A DNA stretch of 64,000 nt from an uncultured Actinomycetota bacterium. GTDB taxonomy: Bacteria > Actinomycetota > Actinomycetes > Actinomycetales > Demequinaceae. Both the position numbers and the translations under genes were made by a program. The notes beneath the pieces were generated by a model. That model searched no databases. It saw nothing but the letters and a program-made list of their open reading frames with translations, and was not told the DNA's origin. The DNA is taken from assembly GCA_963743485.1 (NCBI GenBank), contig CAVUPQ010000004.1:279292-343291 (forward strand), in the 5' to 3' direction. Positions 1 to 10,779 of the stretch are shown one piece after another; within the stretch, counting starts at the first letter, position 1; each line of letters opens with the position of its first letter.

Positions 1-558
1 GATCACGTCGCCCGGCTCGACCCCGGCGTCCGCGGCGGGCGACCCGTCGTTGACCGACGCGATCGTCACGCCCCCGGCATCGGCGCTGATGGGACGCTCG
101 GGAATGGCTCCGAGGTACGGGTGCTCCTCGGGTCCCGGCCGCTCGGCCTGGGACTCGAGCTGCACGCGCAGGGACTGCTCGGAACCGTCGCGAGAGATGA
201 CGACGGCAACGGTGTCACCCGGCTCGACCCCGTCCATCGCCTCGCGCAACGAACCGCGATGATCGATCGCGACCCCGTGGATCGAGATCACCTGGTCCCG
301 GGCCTCGATGCCGGCCGTCGCGGCGGGTCCGTCGGCCGTGACCGCGACGACGATCGCGTGGTCGCGAAGGATCCTCAGCCGCCAGCCGAAGAACGGCACC
401 GTCGACGGATCGGGTCGCGAGACTTGGGTGCCCGCGCCCGGGGACGTGTCCGCCGCGGACGCCGCGGATGTTCCCGCGACGAGTCCCCCGACGGCGAGGG
501 CTGCTGTGAGGCCGACGGTCGTCGGCCATGCGGCGAGCCGCCTCTTCGTGTGTGCCAT
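1..558 (-). CDS. PDZ domain-containing secreted/membrane-anchored protein (N-terminal part; gene continues beyond window start)
   Basis: Runs off the window edge, so it is absent from the ORF track. Reverse-strand ATG at 556-558 with GGAGG 7 nt upstream (566-570). Translation starts MAHTKRRLAAWPTTVGLTAALAVGGLVAG (signal/TM anchor). PDZ-like stretches follow: GIEARDQVISIHGVAIDHRGSLREAMDGVEPGDTVAVVISRDG and GGVTIASVNDGSPAADAGVEPGDVI. Confidence 0.6.
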   Translation of the reverse strand, partial: MAHTKRRLAAWPTTVGLTAALAVGGLVAGTSAASAADTSPGAGTQVSRPDPSTVPFFGWRLRILRDHAIVVAVTADGPAATAGIEARDQVISIHGVAIDHRGSLREAMDGVEPGDTVAVVISRDGSEQSLRVQLESQAERPGPEEHPYLGAIPERPISADAGGVTIASVNDGSPAADAGVEPGDVI

Positions 559-596
559 GAGTGTGCCTCCTTGGTCGTGATCCAACACGACCCATA

Positions 597-2103
597 TCAG
601 CAAGCGCTCCTTGCGAGAGGCTGGGGTGCGCCTGGGAAATCGCTGAGACCTCTCGCTACGACGCGCCGATCACGGGGCCGAATCCGGCCTCTCCCGCGCG
701 AGCGTGCAAGCGTGTAGACGGGCTCGCCGTCGAACGCGTCGTGCGCCCGAATCGCGTCGGCGCCGTAGCCAGCGGGAAGCCGCGCGGCGCGATCGCCCGA
801 GCACAGCAGGAGACTCCCCGACCACGCGATCGACGCGGGCGTCGGCTCCGTCGACGGCAGGCGCCACGCCTCGTCGCCCACGATCGAGTACACGACGTTC
901 CCCACGGCAACGCGGGTGGCGTCCGGCTTGACGGAGAAGTACGGGTCGCTCGACGTCGTCGGGAAGATCGCGGCCCTCACGAACGTGCTGGTCCTCGGCG
1001 ACACCGTGTAGAGGGCGGTCGACCCGTCGGCGCGCGGGCACGCGTCGAGGAGTTGCCTCGACGGCGCCCAGCTCACGGGCCGGCACTGCACCGCCTCCGG
1101 CGGCGCGCCGAGGTCCATCCGGTCGGTGTCGGCGTCGCCCGTCGGAACCTGGGCGTAGGTCACCGTGTTCCAGTACTGCTCGACGTAGTCCTGCCACTCG
1201 AGCTGGTCGTCGAGCCAGCGCTGCAGGGTGACGCTCACGGTCTCGCCCGCGACATACCAGGTGCCCCCTGGATCCTCGATGAAGGAACTGGACGTCACCG
1301 GCGGAATCGCCTGCGCGATCGCCCGGCCATCGAGAGAGAGCCGAATCCACTGACGGACGTCCTCGCCGTCCGTCACGAGGATCGCGTCGCGGCTCGCCGC
1401 GAGCCGCACCTCGCCTCCCGTCCACACGGGCGACGTGTCCGGCACGAAGGTCGAGGGCGACGGCTGCGCGTCGGGACTCGCGCTCGGCTGCGCCACGTTT
1501 GGGGCGAAGGGGGGCGCCATGCCAGGGCCGTCGAAGGCTCCGGAGAGCGCGCCCGTGACGATGTCGAGCGTGGCGAGAACGACCCGATCGGATCCCACCC
1601 ACTCGGGCTGAGCCACGATCGCCTTGCGTCCTCCCGGGAGCCAGAGCCGAATGTCGAGATGGCGCGCCGGATCGAGCTCCGCGCCCTCGTACACGGTCCC
1701 GACCTGATCGACGACGTACACGCGACGCGTTCCCGGATGGTCCCAGGTGCTGGACCTGCGCCGACTGGCCAGCGGCCCCGGGGGTCGCGCTGGGGCCCAG
1801 GGCGCGTTCGGCGCTCGTCAGGTAGCGGCCGGAACTCGAATCGTAGGTCGTGAGAATCCACCCCGGCCCTACGGCCTGCAGGACGTCGGCGGTCAGCGGA
1901 AGCGCCGCGTCGGGCGCCGCGACCGGTTCGCCGGGACCGTCCGATGCCGTCGGGCTCGGGGAGGCGCTCGCGGTGACGGTCGCCACGGGCGCCGCGCCGG
2001 CACCCCTTCCCCACGACATGAGGACGGTCACGCCCGCGACGAAGGCGAGCGCGAGCGCGACGGTGAGGCCGCCCCACCACCGTGAACTGCGAATCTGCGC
2101 CAC
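597..2103 (-). pseudogene. membrane-anchored secreted protein of unknown function, frameshifted
   Basis: The N-terminus lies in ORF 670..2103: MAQIRSSRWWGGLTVALALAFVAGVTVLM (TM anchor), a Ser/Pro linker, then GPGWILTTYDSSSGRYL. The body continues in another frame (ORF 597..1721: YVVDQVGTVYEGAELDPARHLDIRLWLPGG...). There is at least one frame change near 1720-1760. The 3' end is uncertain and no family was recognised. Confidence 0.55.
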
Positions 2104-2178
2104 GACACCTCTCCCGTCGCCGGTGCGTCCCTGGTCCAGGCTAACCGGCGTCGCCTGGGAGCGAGAAGTTCCCGAACC

Positions 2179-3791
2179 TCAGGTCAGCGCCGCCTCGACG
2201 ACCTCGATGCCGACGGGGGGATCCGCGAGGCTCGCCCGGAGCGCGTCGACGTCCCCCACTCGCACGTGCGTCGCTCCGAATGCCCGGGAGATCGCCCCGA
2301 TGTCCGCGCCCTGCGGCGTCGTGAAGACCCGCGCGAACGCCGCGGGGTCGGCGTCGGAGTGCTCGAGCGAGCCGAAGATCGCGCCGCCGTCGTCGTTCAC
2401 GACGACGATGCGCAGGTCCGGCCGCCTCTCGAGGCTCCCCGTGAGGAGCCCTCCCGCGTCGTGGAGGAACGTCAGGTCGCCCGACGAGGGCGGTGCACGG
2501 GCGCGCCGAGGCCGAGCGCCACTCCGGCGGCCGTGGACAGCGTGCCGTCGATCCCCGCGAGCCCCCGATTCGCGACCACGACGCGCGGGTCGGCCCCCGT
2601 CCCCGCGGGAAGGACGGCGTCGAGCGCCCGGATGGCGCGACTCGAGCCGACGAAGAGAGGGCCGCTGCCCGACGCCTCCGCGACCGTCGATGCGATGGCC
2701 TCCACTCCCCACGGCTCAAGCGCCTGCTCGGGAGCGGCGTCGAGCCAGCGCGACAGCCAGGCGCGATCGTCCGTCGGAGGGGCACGCGAACCGGATCCAG
2801 TCGAAGGGGATGTCCTGGACCACGACCTCCGCGTGCACGGGCGCCTCCCTCCAGGGCCCGCCGTACCGCGCGACCCAGAGGATCGGCGCCCGATCCACGA
2901 GCGCCCTGACTCCTCGCGACAGGGTCGCGCGCCCAACCGCGAGCACGAACTCCGCCTCGGCGATGAGCGCCTCGCCCTCGGGCCCGGCCAGCAGCGCCGC
3001 GTAGCGGGGGACGCACACGTCGCCGATCCGGGCGCCCGACGTCGGCTCGGCGAGCAGCGGCCATCCGCGCGCGGCCGCGATCGTCGCGGCGGCGGGCCCG
3101 GCGCGATCGCCCGCGACGACGACGCCCCGCTCGACGAGGGGCAGGGGCGGGGCCGACGCCTCTGACGTCGAAGGTCGCCTCCGCGGGCGACGCGTCGGGC
3201 CACGGCCCGCGATCGGGACCGAGGGGATCAGCGAACTGGACGTTGAGGTGCACGGGGCCCGCCCCGAGCCCCGGCGACGAAGGACCGGCCCCCGCCCCGC
3301 GCGTCACGGCGCTCCCGACGACGACGGCCGCCTCGCGCTCGACGTCCCGCCCGGGACCCGGCGCCACGACGTCGAGGGCCAGCCGGACGAAGGGCGCGAA
3401 GATCGCGCGCTGGTCCGTGGTCTGGTTCGCGCCCGTCGCCCTCAGATCGAAGGGGCGATCGGCCGTGATCGCGATGAGGCGGACGCCCGCGTGGTGCGCC
3501 TCCATCACGGCGGGAAGGAGGTTGCCAGCGGCGGTTCCCGAGGTGGTGACGACGGCGGCCGCGCCGCGCGCGATGGCGAGCCCGAGAGCGAGGAAGCCCG
3601 CGGACCTCTCGTCGACGCGAACGTGGAGCCGAATGTCCGGGCGCGCCGGGGGTCGCCCCGCCCGCCGCCTCGGCGAGCGCGTGCGCGAGCGGGCCCGAGC
3701 GAGAGCCGGGGCACAACACGATGTCGCGAACGTCGTTCGCGGCGAGGTTCGCCACGAGCGCTCGCGCGAAGGCCATCGCGGGGTGCGGCAT
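2179..3791 (-). pseudogene. menD: 2-succinyl-5-enolpyruvyl-6-hydroxy-3-cyclohexene-1-carboxylate synthase (MenD), multiple frameshifts
   Basis: Recognisable MenD segments lie in different frames, giving at least 4 frame changes. N-terminus MPHPAMAFARALVANLAANDVRDIVLCPGSRSGPLAHALAEA is in ORF 3228..3791. The core MEAHHAGVRLIAITADRPFDLRATGANQTTDQRAIF is in 2141..3508. The middle GWPLLAEPTSGARIGD / VCVPRYAALLAGPEGE is in 2472..3203 and 2716..3018. The ThDP-motif C-terminus GDLTFLHDAGGLL...RIVVVNDDGGAIF is in 2179..2712. The gene is directly downstream of menC. Confidence 0.85.
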
Positions 3792-4684
3792 CAGACGGTC
3801 ACCTCCGAGCTCTCGGCGACCAGGATCCCGCCCCGCGGGACGAGCGGGCGCGACACGACGTCATCGACGAGCAGGGTTCCCGTTCCCAGTCCGCAGGCGT
3901 AGGGCAACTCGGGAAGCGCGAGCGCGAGCGCGAGGCCCGCGGCGAGCCCGACGGACGTCTCCATCGCGCTCGATACGACGACGGGGAGGCCGGCCTCCTC
4001 GGCGATCGCGAGGCACGCGCGGACCCCGCCGAGCGGCGCGACCTTGAGGACCAGGATGTCCGCCGCACCCGCGCGGGCCACGGCAAGCGGGTCCGTCGGG
4101 ACGCGAACCGACTCGTCGGCCGCGATCGGCACGTCGACGCGGCGCCGGACCTCGGCGAGATCGGCGACCGACGCGCACGGCTGCTCGACGTACTCCAGCC
4201 CGTCGAGCCCCGCCGCTCGCGCCGCGCTCTCGAGTTCTCGGATCGCCGCGACCGCCCGATCGACATCCCACGCGCCGTTCGCGTCGATCCGCACCCGCGC
4301 GTCGGCTCCCCCGAGGTCGCGCACCGCCCCGGCGGCGGCCTCGACCCTCGCTCGATCGTCGGCGAAGGAGGAGCCGCGGCCGCCCACCTTGACCTTCGCG
4401 ACGATGCATCCACCGGCGACGGCGAGGCGAGCGGCGTCGGCGGGGCCGACCTCCGGCACGATGCTGTTGACGCGAATCGAGCCGCGCACCGGCGCCGGCC
4501 ACTCGCCGCGCGCGGCCTCCATCGCCGCGGCCCACCACCGGGAGGCGCGCTCGCCGTCGTAGTCCGGAAACGGCGAGTACTCGCCCCAGGCGTCGGCCCC
4601 CGCCCCGCGAACGAGCACCCCGCTGCGTTCGGTCAGCCCGCGAAATCTCGTGGTGAGGCGGACGCGGAACGGGCGGAACTCCAT
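3791..4684 (-). CDS. menC: o-succinylbenzoate synthase (MenC, enolase superfamily)
   Basis: Single intact 297-aa ORF with enolase-superfamily/OSBS hallmarks: AKVKVGG, RIDANGAWD, LEYVEQP, PIAADES, LVLKVAPLGG. Its stop overlaps the menD start by 1 nt. Confidence 0.9.
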   Translation of the reverse strand: MEFRPFRVRLTTRFRGLTERSGVLVRGAGADAWGEYSPFPDYDGERASRWWAAAMEAARGEWPAPVRGSIRVNSIVPEVGPADAARLAVAGGCIVAKVKVGGRGSSFADDRARVEAAAGAVRDLGGADARVRIDANGAWDVDRAVAAIRELESAARAAGLDGLEYVEQPCASVADLAEVRRRVDVPIAADESVRVPTDPLAVARAGAADILVLKVAPLGGVRACLAIAEEAGLPVVVSSAMETSVGLAAGLALALALPELPYACGLGTGTLLVDDVVSRPLVPRGGILVAESSEVTV

Positions 4685-4712
4685 GGCGCCAGGCTACGGC
4701 CTGCCCGCCACC

Positions 4713-6033
4713 CTACGGATGCAGCAGGGCTCGGTAGCCCTCTGTGCCGACGACGTGCAAGGTCGGTGCGGCCTGGGACGGGTCCGTCTGGGAGGGTTCC
4801 GCGCCGTCGGGAGCCTGCCCGGGAAGCAACTCGATCGTCGTCGTCCGGTCGCGAGGTCGGTGAGCCAGAGGAGCCCGTCGCCGCTCACGAGCGCCGTGGT
4901 GCCCGAGGCGCCGAGGCAGTGGCGGAACGGGTGCCCCGTCACGCCGATCGGCACGAGCGAGCCGTCCTTGAGGACGCCGAGCCGGGACGGTCCCCACGTG
5001 ACCTCGACGACGCGCAGGGGGCTGTCGGCGCAGTACCCGGACACGAAGTAGTCCGAGGGGCCGGGAACGCCGAACGTCACCCTCAGTGCCTCCAGGTCGG
5101 CGGAGGGAATGACGTCGGTCGGGGCGGAGCCGTCCACCGGGAACTCCCACACGTCGAGGGCCCCCTTCTCCGTGTAGCAGTACGCGACGAAGGTCTCCCC
5201 GTAGCCCTTGCCGATCATGTAGCAGTCGTCGGTCGCCGACGACGGGATGACCGCCTCGGTTCCGTCGGGGTAGAAGGCCGTGAACCGCGACTCGGGCGGC
5301 GTCTCGAATTCGCTCTGTACCTGGACGTCGCCGACGTCGAAGACCGTGAAGCCGAAGCCCTTGCCGACGATCGACGCGTCGAGCTCGGCGCCGTCGTCCG
5401 TGTACAGCCCGTCGATTCCCTCGCCGTCGCACGAACCCCGCAGCAGCCACGCGCCGTCGCGCGCCGACCCGCGAACGTAGCCCTCGTTGTCGCAGAAGGA
5501 CCAGGTCGCGTCGAGTTCGCCCGTCACGAAGTTGACGACCTTCACGTTCGAGAGGTTGTCGACCAGCGAGCGCCTTGCTCCTGCCGCGTGTCCCACGCGA
5601 CGAGGTCCGGGGTCCCCATTCCGAGCGTGTCGAGGTTCGCCAGCTCGTAGCGGATGCCGTCGGGAGAGATGAGGTAGAGGACGCGCGGTCCAGGCGATTC
5701 GACGCCGGCGTCGTCGATGGCCGTCGCGTCGTAGATCGCGACGACCCACCCCGTCCCACCGACGCGAGCACGTCCTCCGTGAGGAGCTCGCGCGTCCGGC
5801 ACGTGGGGCGCGACCGTGACCTGCCGCTCGACGAAGGCCGGGGGCGGCGTGGGCGACGGGTTCGGCGAACTCGTGGACGAAGGGGTCGGGGACGGCGACG
5901 GGGCGACGGCCTCCCGGGCGAACGGCCCCCACCCGGCGAACCAGGCACCGGCGACGAGCGCCACGACGGCGGCGCCCGCGGCGAGAGCCGCGATCACCTT
6001 CCCGCCCAGCTTCGCCATGTCCCGCTCCTCCAT
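4713..6033 (-). pseudogene. membrane-anchored secreted protein of unknown function, frameshifted
   Basis: The N-terminus MEERDMAKLGGKVIAALAAGAAVVALVAG (TM) plus a Pro/Ser linker and GWVVAIYDAT...RVLYLISPDGIRYELANL lies in ORF 5542..6033. The body VKVVNFVTGELDATWSFCDNEGYVRG...YCYTEKGALDVWEFPVDG...LVSGDGLLWLTDLATG lies in the frame of 4694..6058. The likely C-terminus TTTIELLPGQAPDGAE...GYRALLHP lies in the frame of 4713..5948. At least 2 frame changes. Confidence 0.55.
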
Positions 6034-6089
6034 CGACCGAGCCCCGGCGCATCCTCACGTCGCACGCGGCGAAGGCTAGGCTCGTGGAC

Positions 6090-7022
6090 GTGAGCGACGT
6101 TCCCGCCCAGGTCTCCGACCTTCGATCCCGCGCAGTGGCGCGCCATCGACGGCTTCCCTGATGGTGACATCACCTACCACCGGTGGGTTGAGCGCGCAGG
6201 GCGCGACGGCGAGCGCGACCTTCCCGCGGTGCGCATCGCCTTCAACCGGCCCGAGGTGCGCAACGCCTTCCGGCCCCAGACCGTCGACGAGCTCTACCGG
6301 GCCCTCGACCACGCCCGCATGACCGCCGACGTCGCCGCCATCATCCTCACCGGCAACGGCCCGTCCGACGACGGCGTGCACGCGTTCTGCTCGGGCGGCG
6401 ACCAGCGCATCAGGGGCCGGGACGGCTACCTCTACGAGGGCGACGCCTCCGCGGCGCCCGCGCCACGGCGGGCGCCTCCACATCCTCGAGGTCCAGCGGC
6501 TCATGCGCACGTCCCCCAAGGTCATCATCGCCGCCGTCAACGGCTGGGCGGCGGGCGGGGGCCACAGCCTCCACGTCGTCGCCGACCTCTCGATCGCGAG
6601 CCGCGAGCACGCGCGCTTCAAGCAGACCGACGCCAACGTCGGCTCCTTCGACGCGGGCTACGGGAGCGCGCTGCTCGCGCGCCAGGTGGGCGACAAGCGC
6701 GCCCGCGAGATCTTCTTCCTGGCCCGCGAGTACTCGGCCGACGACGCCGAGCGCTGGGGCGCCGTCAACGAGGCCGTCGACCACGACCGAGCTGGAGGAC
6801 CGCGCGCTCGGAGTACGCGGCATCGTCGCGACCAAGTCGCCCCAGGCGATCCGCATGCTGAAGTTCGCCTTCAACCTCGCCGACGACGGCCTCGCGGGCC
6901 AGCAGGTGTTCGCGGGCGAGGCCACGCGCATGGCCTACATGACCGACGAGGCCCAGGAGGGGCGGGACGCGTTCCTCGAGCGGCGCGAACCCGACTGGAC
7001 GCGCTTCCCCTACGCGTTCTGA
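6090..7022 (+). pseudogene. menB: 1,4-dihydroxy-2-naphthoyl-CoA synthase (MenB), frameshifted
   Basis: The GTG at 6090 (VSDVPAQVSD) is out of frame with FDPAQWRAIDGFPDGDITYHRWVERAG...VRIAFNRPEVRNAFRPQTVDELYRALDHAR...FCSGGDQRIRG (ORF 6229..6861 frame). The sequence continues with KVIIAAVNGWAAGGGHSLHVVADLSIAS...FKQTDANVGSFDAGYGSALLARQVG (6503..7075 frame). It ends with SPQAIRMLKFAFNLADDG...REPDWTRFPYAF in a further frame. Crotonase-fold MenB signature; at least 3 frame changes. Confidence 0.88.
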
Positions 7023-7029
7023 GCCCGAA

Positions 7030-8167
7030 CTACCGGCCGGTCGTGATCACGTTGGAGTCGAAGCTCAGGACCTGAGACTCGCCCGTCCCCGACGCCGGCA
7101 GGAGCTCCACCCACGTGTTGCCCGGCACGAGGGACACGGGCGCGCCGCTCGATCGTCTCGAGGTGGAACGTGTCCCGAGCGATCCGCCTTCGACCACCGG
7201 ATCTCCGAGGTAGTTCCCGCCCGCCGCGACGTAGCCGGTGCCGTGATCGGTGCCGGCGAGCAGGGTCTCGGGGTCGTCGTGGAACTTGTATCGGACGCCC
7301 GCGCGGAGGACGACGATGTTCGTCGCCGAGATCTGTTGCCCGTCCTGCTGCATGTGGGCGTCGGAGCCCTGGAACCGGAGCCACCGCTGCCGACGCGGCG
7401 TCCCACGTCCAGTGTTGGGTCTGCGTGCGCGAGAACTTCAGGCTGATTTGCGCGACGGGCGTGCCACCGAGGTGATCGCGGTCGCCGTCGAGTCCGGGTA
7501 CGCGTAGGTGAACTGCTCCGGAGCGGGCGAGGCCCCTCGCGCGAGCCCGCACTTCGTCCGCCTCGTGCAGGTTGACGTAGGTCGAGTACGGGCGATGCTT
7601 GCCCTTGCGCTGATAGAACGCGGGCCGGCAGTTGAGCAGGTCCTCCGCGACGTAGATCTGGTCGGTCAGCTTGAGCGCGTCCTTGAGGGTCGGCGAAGCC
7701 GCGCCGGAGAAGACGAGCGTCCCGTAGAACGAGCCGAAGATGTACGGGTCCATGGGCCGCAAGGACCGGGTGTTGCCGACGACTTCCGGGTAGTTCGAGT
7801 GGAAGACCGCGACGAAGCGCGTCCAGCCGCCCTTCGCCATGTACTCCTCGAACACGATGTCCGCGTGCTGAAGGCCCGCCTGCGGGATCGCCTTGTTCGT
7901 GCCCGTGCTGTTGTCGATCTTGACGGCGATGCGCCTGGCGCTGAAGATCCGCCTCGGTGGCGTCCGTCGCGTCGAGGCCCGTGAGGGGCCACACGACGGC
8001 GGGCTTGGGGTCCGGCGGCGGCGTGGGCAACTGCGACCCTGTTCTCGAATGGGCACGAGGGTGTTCGTCACCGCTGGCGGCGTGACCACCACGGGCGCGC
8101 ACGCGGCGAGCGCCGCCACCGCAAGCACGGCAGACGCCGCGGCGAGGCGGCTGGCTGTGCGGGTCAT
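7030..8167 (-). pseudogene. DUF3048 domain-containing lipoprotein, frameshifted
   Basis: Starts MTRTASRLAAASAVLAVAALAAC (lipobox). It contains IAVKIDNSTGTNKAIPQAGLQHADIVFEEYMAKGGWTRFVAVFHS...RSLRPMDPYIF, which is typical of DUF3048 (frame of ORF 7010..8518). The C-terminal part QQDGQQISATNIVVLRAGVRYKFHDD...NVITTGR lies in ORF 7030..7353. Several frame changes. Confidence 0.7.
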
Positions 8168-8200
8168 AGCGGACAGTCTAGGCACCCCTAGGCTGGGACG

Positions 8201-9274
8201 GTGACGTATGCCAGGCTCGCCGATGGCCCGGACGCCGCCATCGCGGCGGCGCTCGCGGGCGACGTCGCCGGGATCGCCGTGGCCACCTCCGGCTCCTCGG
8301 GCGACCCTCGGATCGCGCACGTCGGCGTCGCCGCCCTTCGCGCGTCGGCGAGCGCCACGCACGAGCGCCTCGGCGGGCCGGGCCGATGGTTCCTCGCCCT
8401 TCCCCCCGACCGGATCGCCGGCGCCCAGGTCATCGTCCGCTCGACGCTCGCGGGTCACCGTCCCTACCGGCTCGCTGCGGAGCGCTTCGAATCGGGAGCC
8501 TTCGCGCGGGCGGCCCACGCGGCTCGGGACGAGACCCCGTCCGGCACGCCGCTGTACGCCTCGCTCGTTCCGACGCAGCTCGCCCGAGTCTTGCGGGACC
8601 CGCTCGCCGCGACCGCGCTCGACGCCTTCGACGCAATTCTCGTGGGCGGGGCGGCGCTTGGTTCCGAGAAGCCGCGACCCAACGTGGTCGAGACCTACGG
8701 TTCGACGGAGACGTCCGGCGGCTGCGTCTACGACGGGGTTCCCCTCCCCGGCGTCCAGGTGCGCCTCGGCGCCGACGGGCGGGTCGAAGTGGCGGGCCCC
8801 ACCCTGTTCGACGGGTACGAGGACGGCGAGGACGACGGCACCACCACGAGGGACGGCGTGCGATGGCTCCGCGATGCCGGACGTCGGCGCAGCTTGAGGG
8901 CGGACGGCTGACGGTGTTCGGGCGCGCGGACGACGTCATCGTCACCGGGGCGCACAAGGTGCACCCGGCCGTTGTCGAGCGCGCGCTGGTCGCCCTTCCT
9001 TCGATCGCGGACGCCGTCGTGGTCGCGTCGCCGGACGAGGAGTGGGGCGAGACGGTCGTCGCCGTGGTGGTGGCGGCTCTGCCCGCATCGCCTCCGACGG
9101 CGGGCGCGATCCGCGAGGCCCTCCGGGCGTCACTGCCGCCTCTACGCCCTTCCTCGAGAGGTCGTCATCGTTGGGTCTTTGCCCGTCCTCGACTCTGGCA
9201 AGATCGACCGGAGGGCCGCCAGGGTCCTTGCCCAGGAGACGACGGGAGGCCCGCGTGCCCGCGACGACGCGTGA
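8201..9274 (+). pseudogene. menE: o-succinylbenzoate-CoA ligase (MenE), frameshifted
   Basis: ORF 8201..8911 carries VATSGSSGDPRI (AMP-binding motif), LVPTQL and ETYGSTETSGG. It continues in other frames with RLTVFGRADDVIVTGAHKVHPAVVERAL...VVVASPDEEWGETVVAVVV (8386..9417) and YALPREVVIVGSLPVLDSGKIDRRA (8972..9274). Located between menB and menA. Confidence 0.85.
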
Positions 9275-10131
9275 CTGGATTCGCGGCGCACGCCCCAAGA
9301 CCCTCGCCTCGGCGATCGCTCCCGTCGCCGTCGGCTCGGCGTCGGCGTCGGCCCTCGGCGCGTTCCGTCCGGGAATCGCGGCGCTCGCCCTCGGCGTCGC
9401 TCTCGCGCTCCAGGTAGCGGTCAACTACGCGAACGACTACTCGGACGGCGTCCGCGGGACCGATGCCAACCGCGTCGGGCCGGAGCGCCTCGTCGCCTCG
9501 GGGAAGGCGCGGCCGTCGCGCGTGAAGGCGGCGGCGTTCGCCGCGTTCGCCGTCGGCTCGCTCCTGGGTCTCGCCATGACGGTGCTGTCGCACCAGTGGT
9601 GGCTGCTCGCCGTCGGCGCCGCGGCCATCGCCGCCGCGTGGACCTATACCGGCTCGTCGCGCCCCTACGGCTACCGTGGCTGGGGCGAAGTGAGCGTCTT
9701 CGTCTTCTTCGGCCTCGTCGCGACGCTCGGGACGATGGCCGCGCAGGCGTCCCGCGTCACGTGGTGGGGCGTGCTCGGCGCGGTGGGGGTCGGCCTGTAC
9801 TCCGTCGCGATGCTCCTGGTGAACAACATCCGCGACCTCGAGTCCGACCGAGCCACCGGCAAGCGAACGCTCGCCGTCCGCGTCGGTCCCGGCGCCGCGC
9901 GCCGAATCTTCGCCGCCACCGTTGTCGTTGCCGCTCCTCGCGGGGGTCGGCATCGCCCTCGCGCGACCGTGGGCCCTGCTGGTGCTGATTCTCGCTGCGC
10001 CCGCCGTCATGGTGGCCGTGGCGATGGGCGTCAGCCGCTCGGCGCGACCCCTCTCGGGCGTCTTCGCAGCGGCGAGTGCGCTTGGGCTCGCGTACGGTCT
10101 GCTTCTCGCCCTCGGGATCTGGATCGGCTAG
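9255..10131 (+). pseudogene. menA: 1,4-dihydroxy-2-naphthoate polyprenyltransferase (MenA), frameshifted near the 3' end
   Basis: The GTG at 9255 is in the frame of shadow ORF 9042..11978: VPATTRDWIRGARPKTLASAIAPV...LQVAVNYANDYSDGVRGTD (UbiA-family NxxxDxxxD)...NNIRDLESDRATGKRTLAVR. The last TM helices are in ORF 9922..10131 (LPLLAGVGIALARPWALLVLILAAP...). Confidence 0.85.
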
Positions 10132-10463
10132 GCCGAGCGTCCCGACGAGCTCGCGCGCTTGCCGGAGCGGGATCCGCTCGTGGCGGCGGTCTTCGGCTTG
10201 CGGGTCGCGGACGCGGCGCGCTCCACCTCGGCGTCCTCCGCCCGTTCGTCGTTCCCCGCGCCCGCCTGCCTGGCGCCGAGCCAACTCTCCATCTGCTTGG
10301 CCGCGGCGTCATGCATGGAGCCGAACATCGCGTACGAGATGAGCCACGCCATGAGCGCCGCCACCGCGACGGCGACCCAACTTCGGATGCCGAAGCCCCA
10401 CAGGACCACGGTGACGGCGAACATCAGCGCGATCCGCGCGAGCCAATAGATGAGGACGTGCAC
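10128..10463 (-). CDS. DUF4229 domain-containing small membrane protein
   Basis: Intact 111-aa ORF with two TM helices (LIYWLARIALMFAVTVVLWGFG / WVAVAVAALMAWLISYAMF) and a basic tail. This small protein typically sits next to menA in actinobacteria. Confidence 0.7.
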   Translation of the reverse strand: MHVLIYWLARIALMFAVTVVLWGFGIRSWVAVAVAALMAWLISYAMFGSMHDAAAKQMESWLGARQAGAGNDERAEDAEVERAASATRKPKTAATSGSRSGKRASSSGRSA

Positions 10464-10497
10464 AGCGCAACTCTATCGCGCGCGCTACGCTCGATCC

Positions 10498-10779
10498 GTG
10501 AGATTCGCGCTGACCCTCATCCTCTACGTCGCCCCCGCCGCGTACTGCATCGCCGACGCGCTGCAGCATCGCGATCACGAGCCGTACGGGCTTCCCAAGC
10601 CGGTGTGGGTGATCATCATCCTGCTCTTCCCCCTCGTCGGCGCTGGGGCGTGGATCGTCCTGACCGTGAGGAGCAGGCAGCCGTCGCAACCCCCGCCACG
10701 AGACCGCGCTCCGGACGACGATCCGGACTACCTGTTGTGGCTTCGAGAACAGGAGCGTCGGCGCAAGCAGGGCGGCTAA
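10498..10779 (+). CDS. PLD nuclease N-terminal (PLDc_N) domain membrane protein
   Basis: Within ORF 10450..10779; the likely start is the in-frame GTG at 10498 (VRFALTLILYVAPAAYCIADAL...PKPVWVIIILLFPLVGAGAWIV). Small two-TM protein with a charged tail. Confidence 0.65.
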   Translation: MRFALTLILYVAPAAYCIADALQHRDHEPYGLPKPVWVIIILLFPLVGAGAWIVLTVRSRQPSQPPPRDRAPDDDPDYLLWLREQERRRKQGG

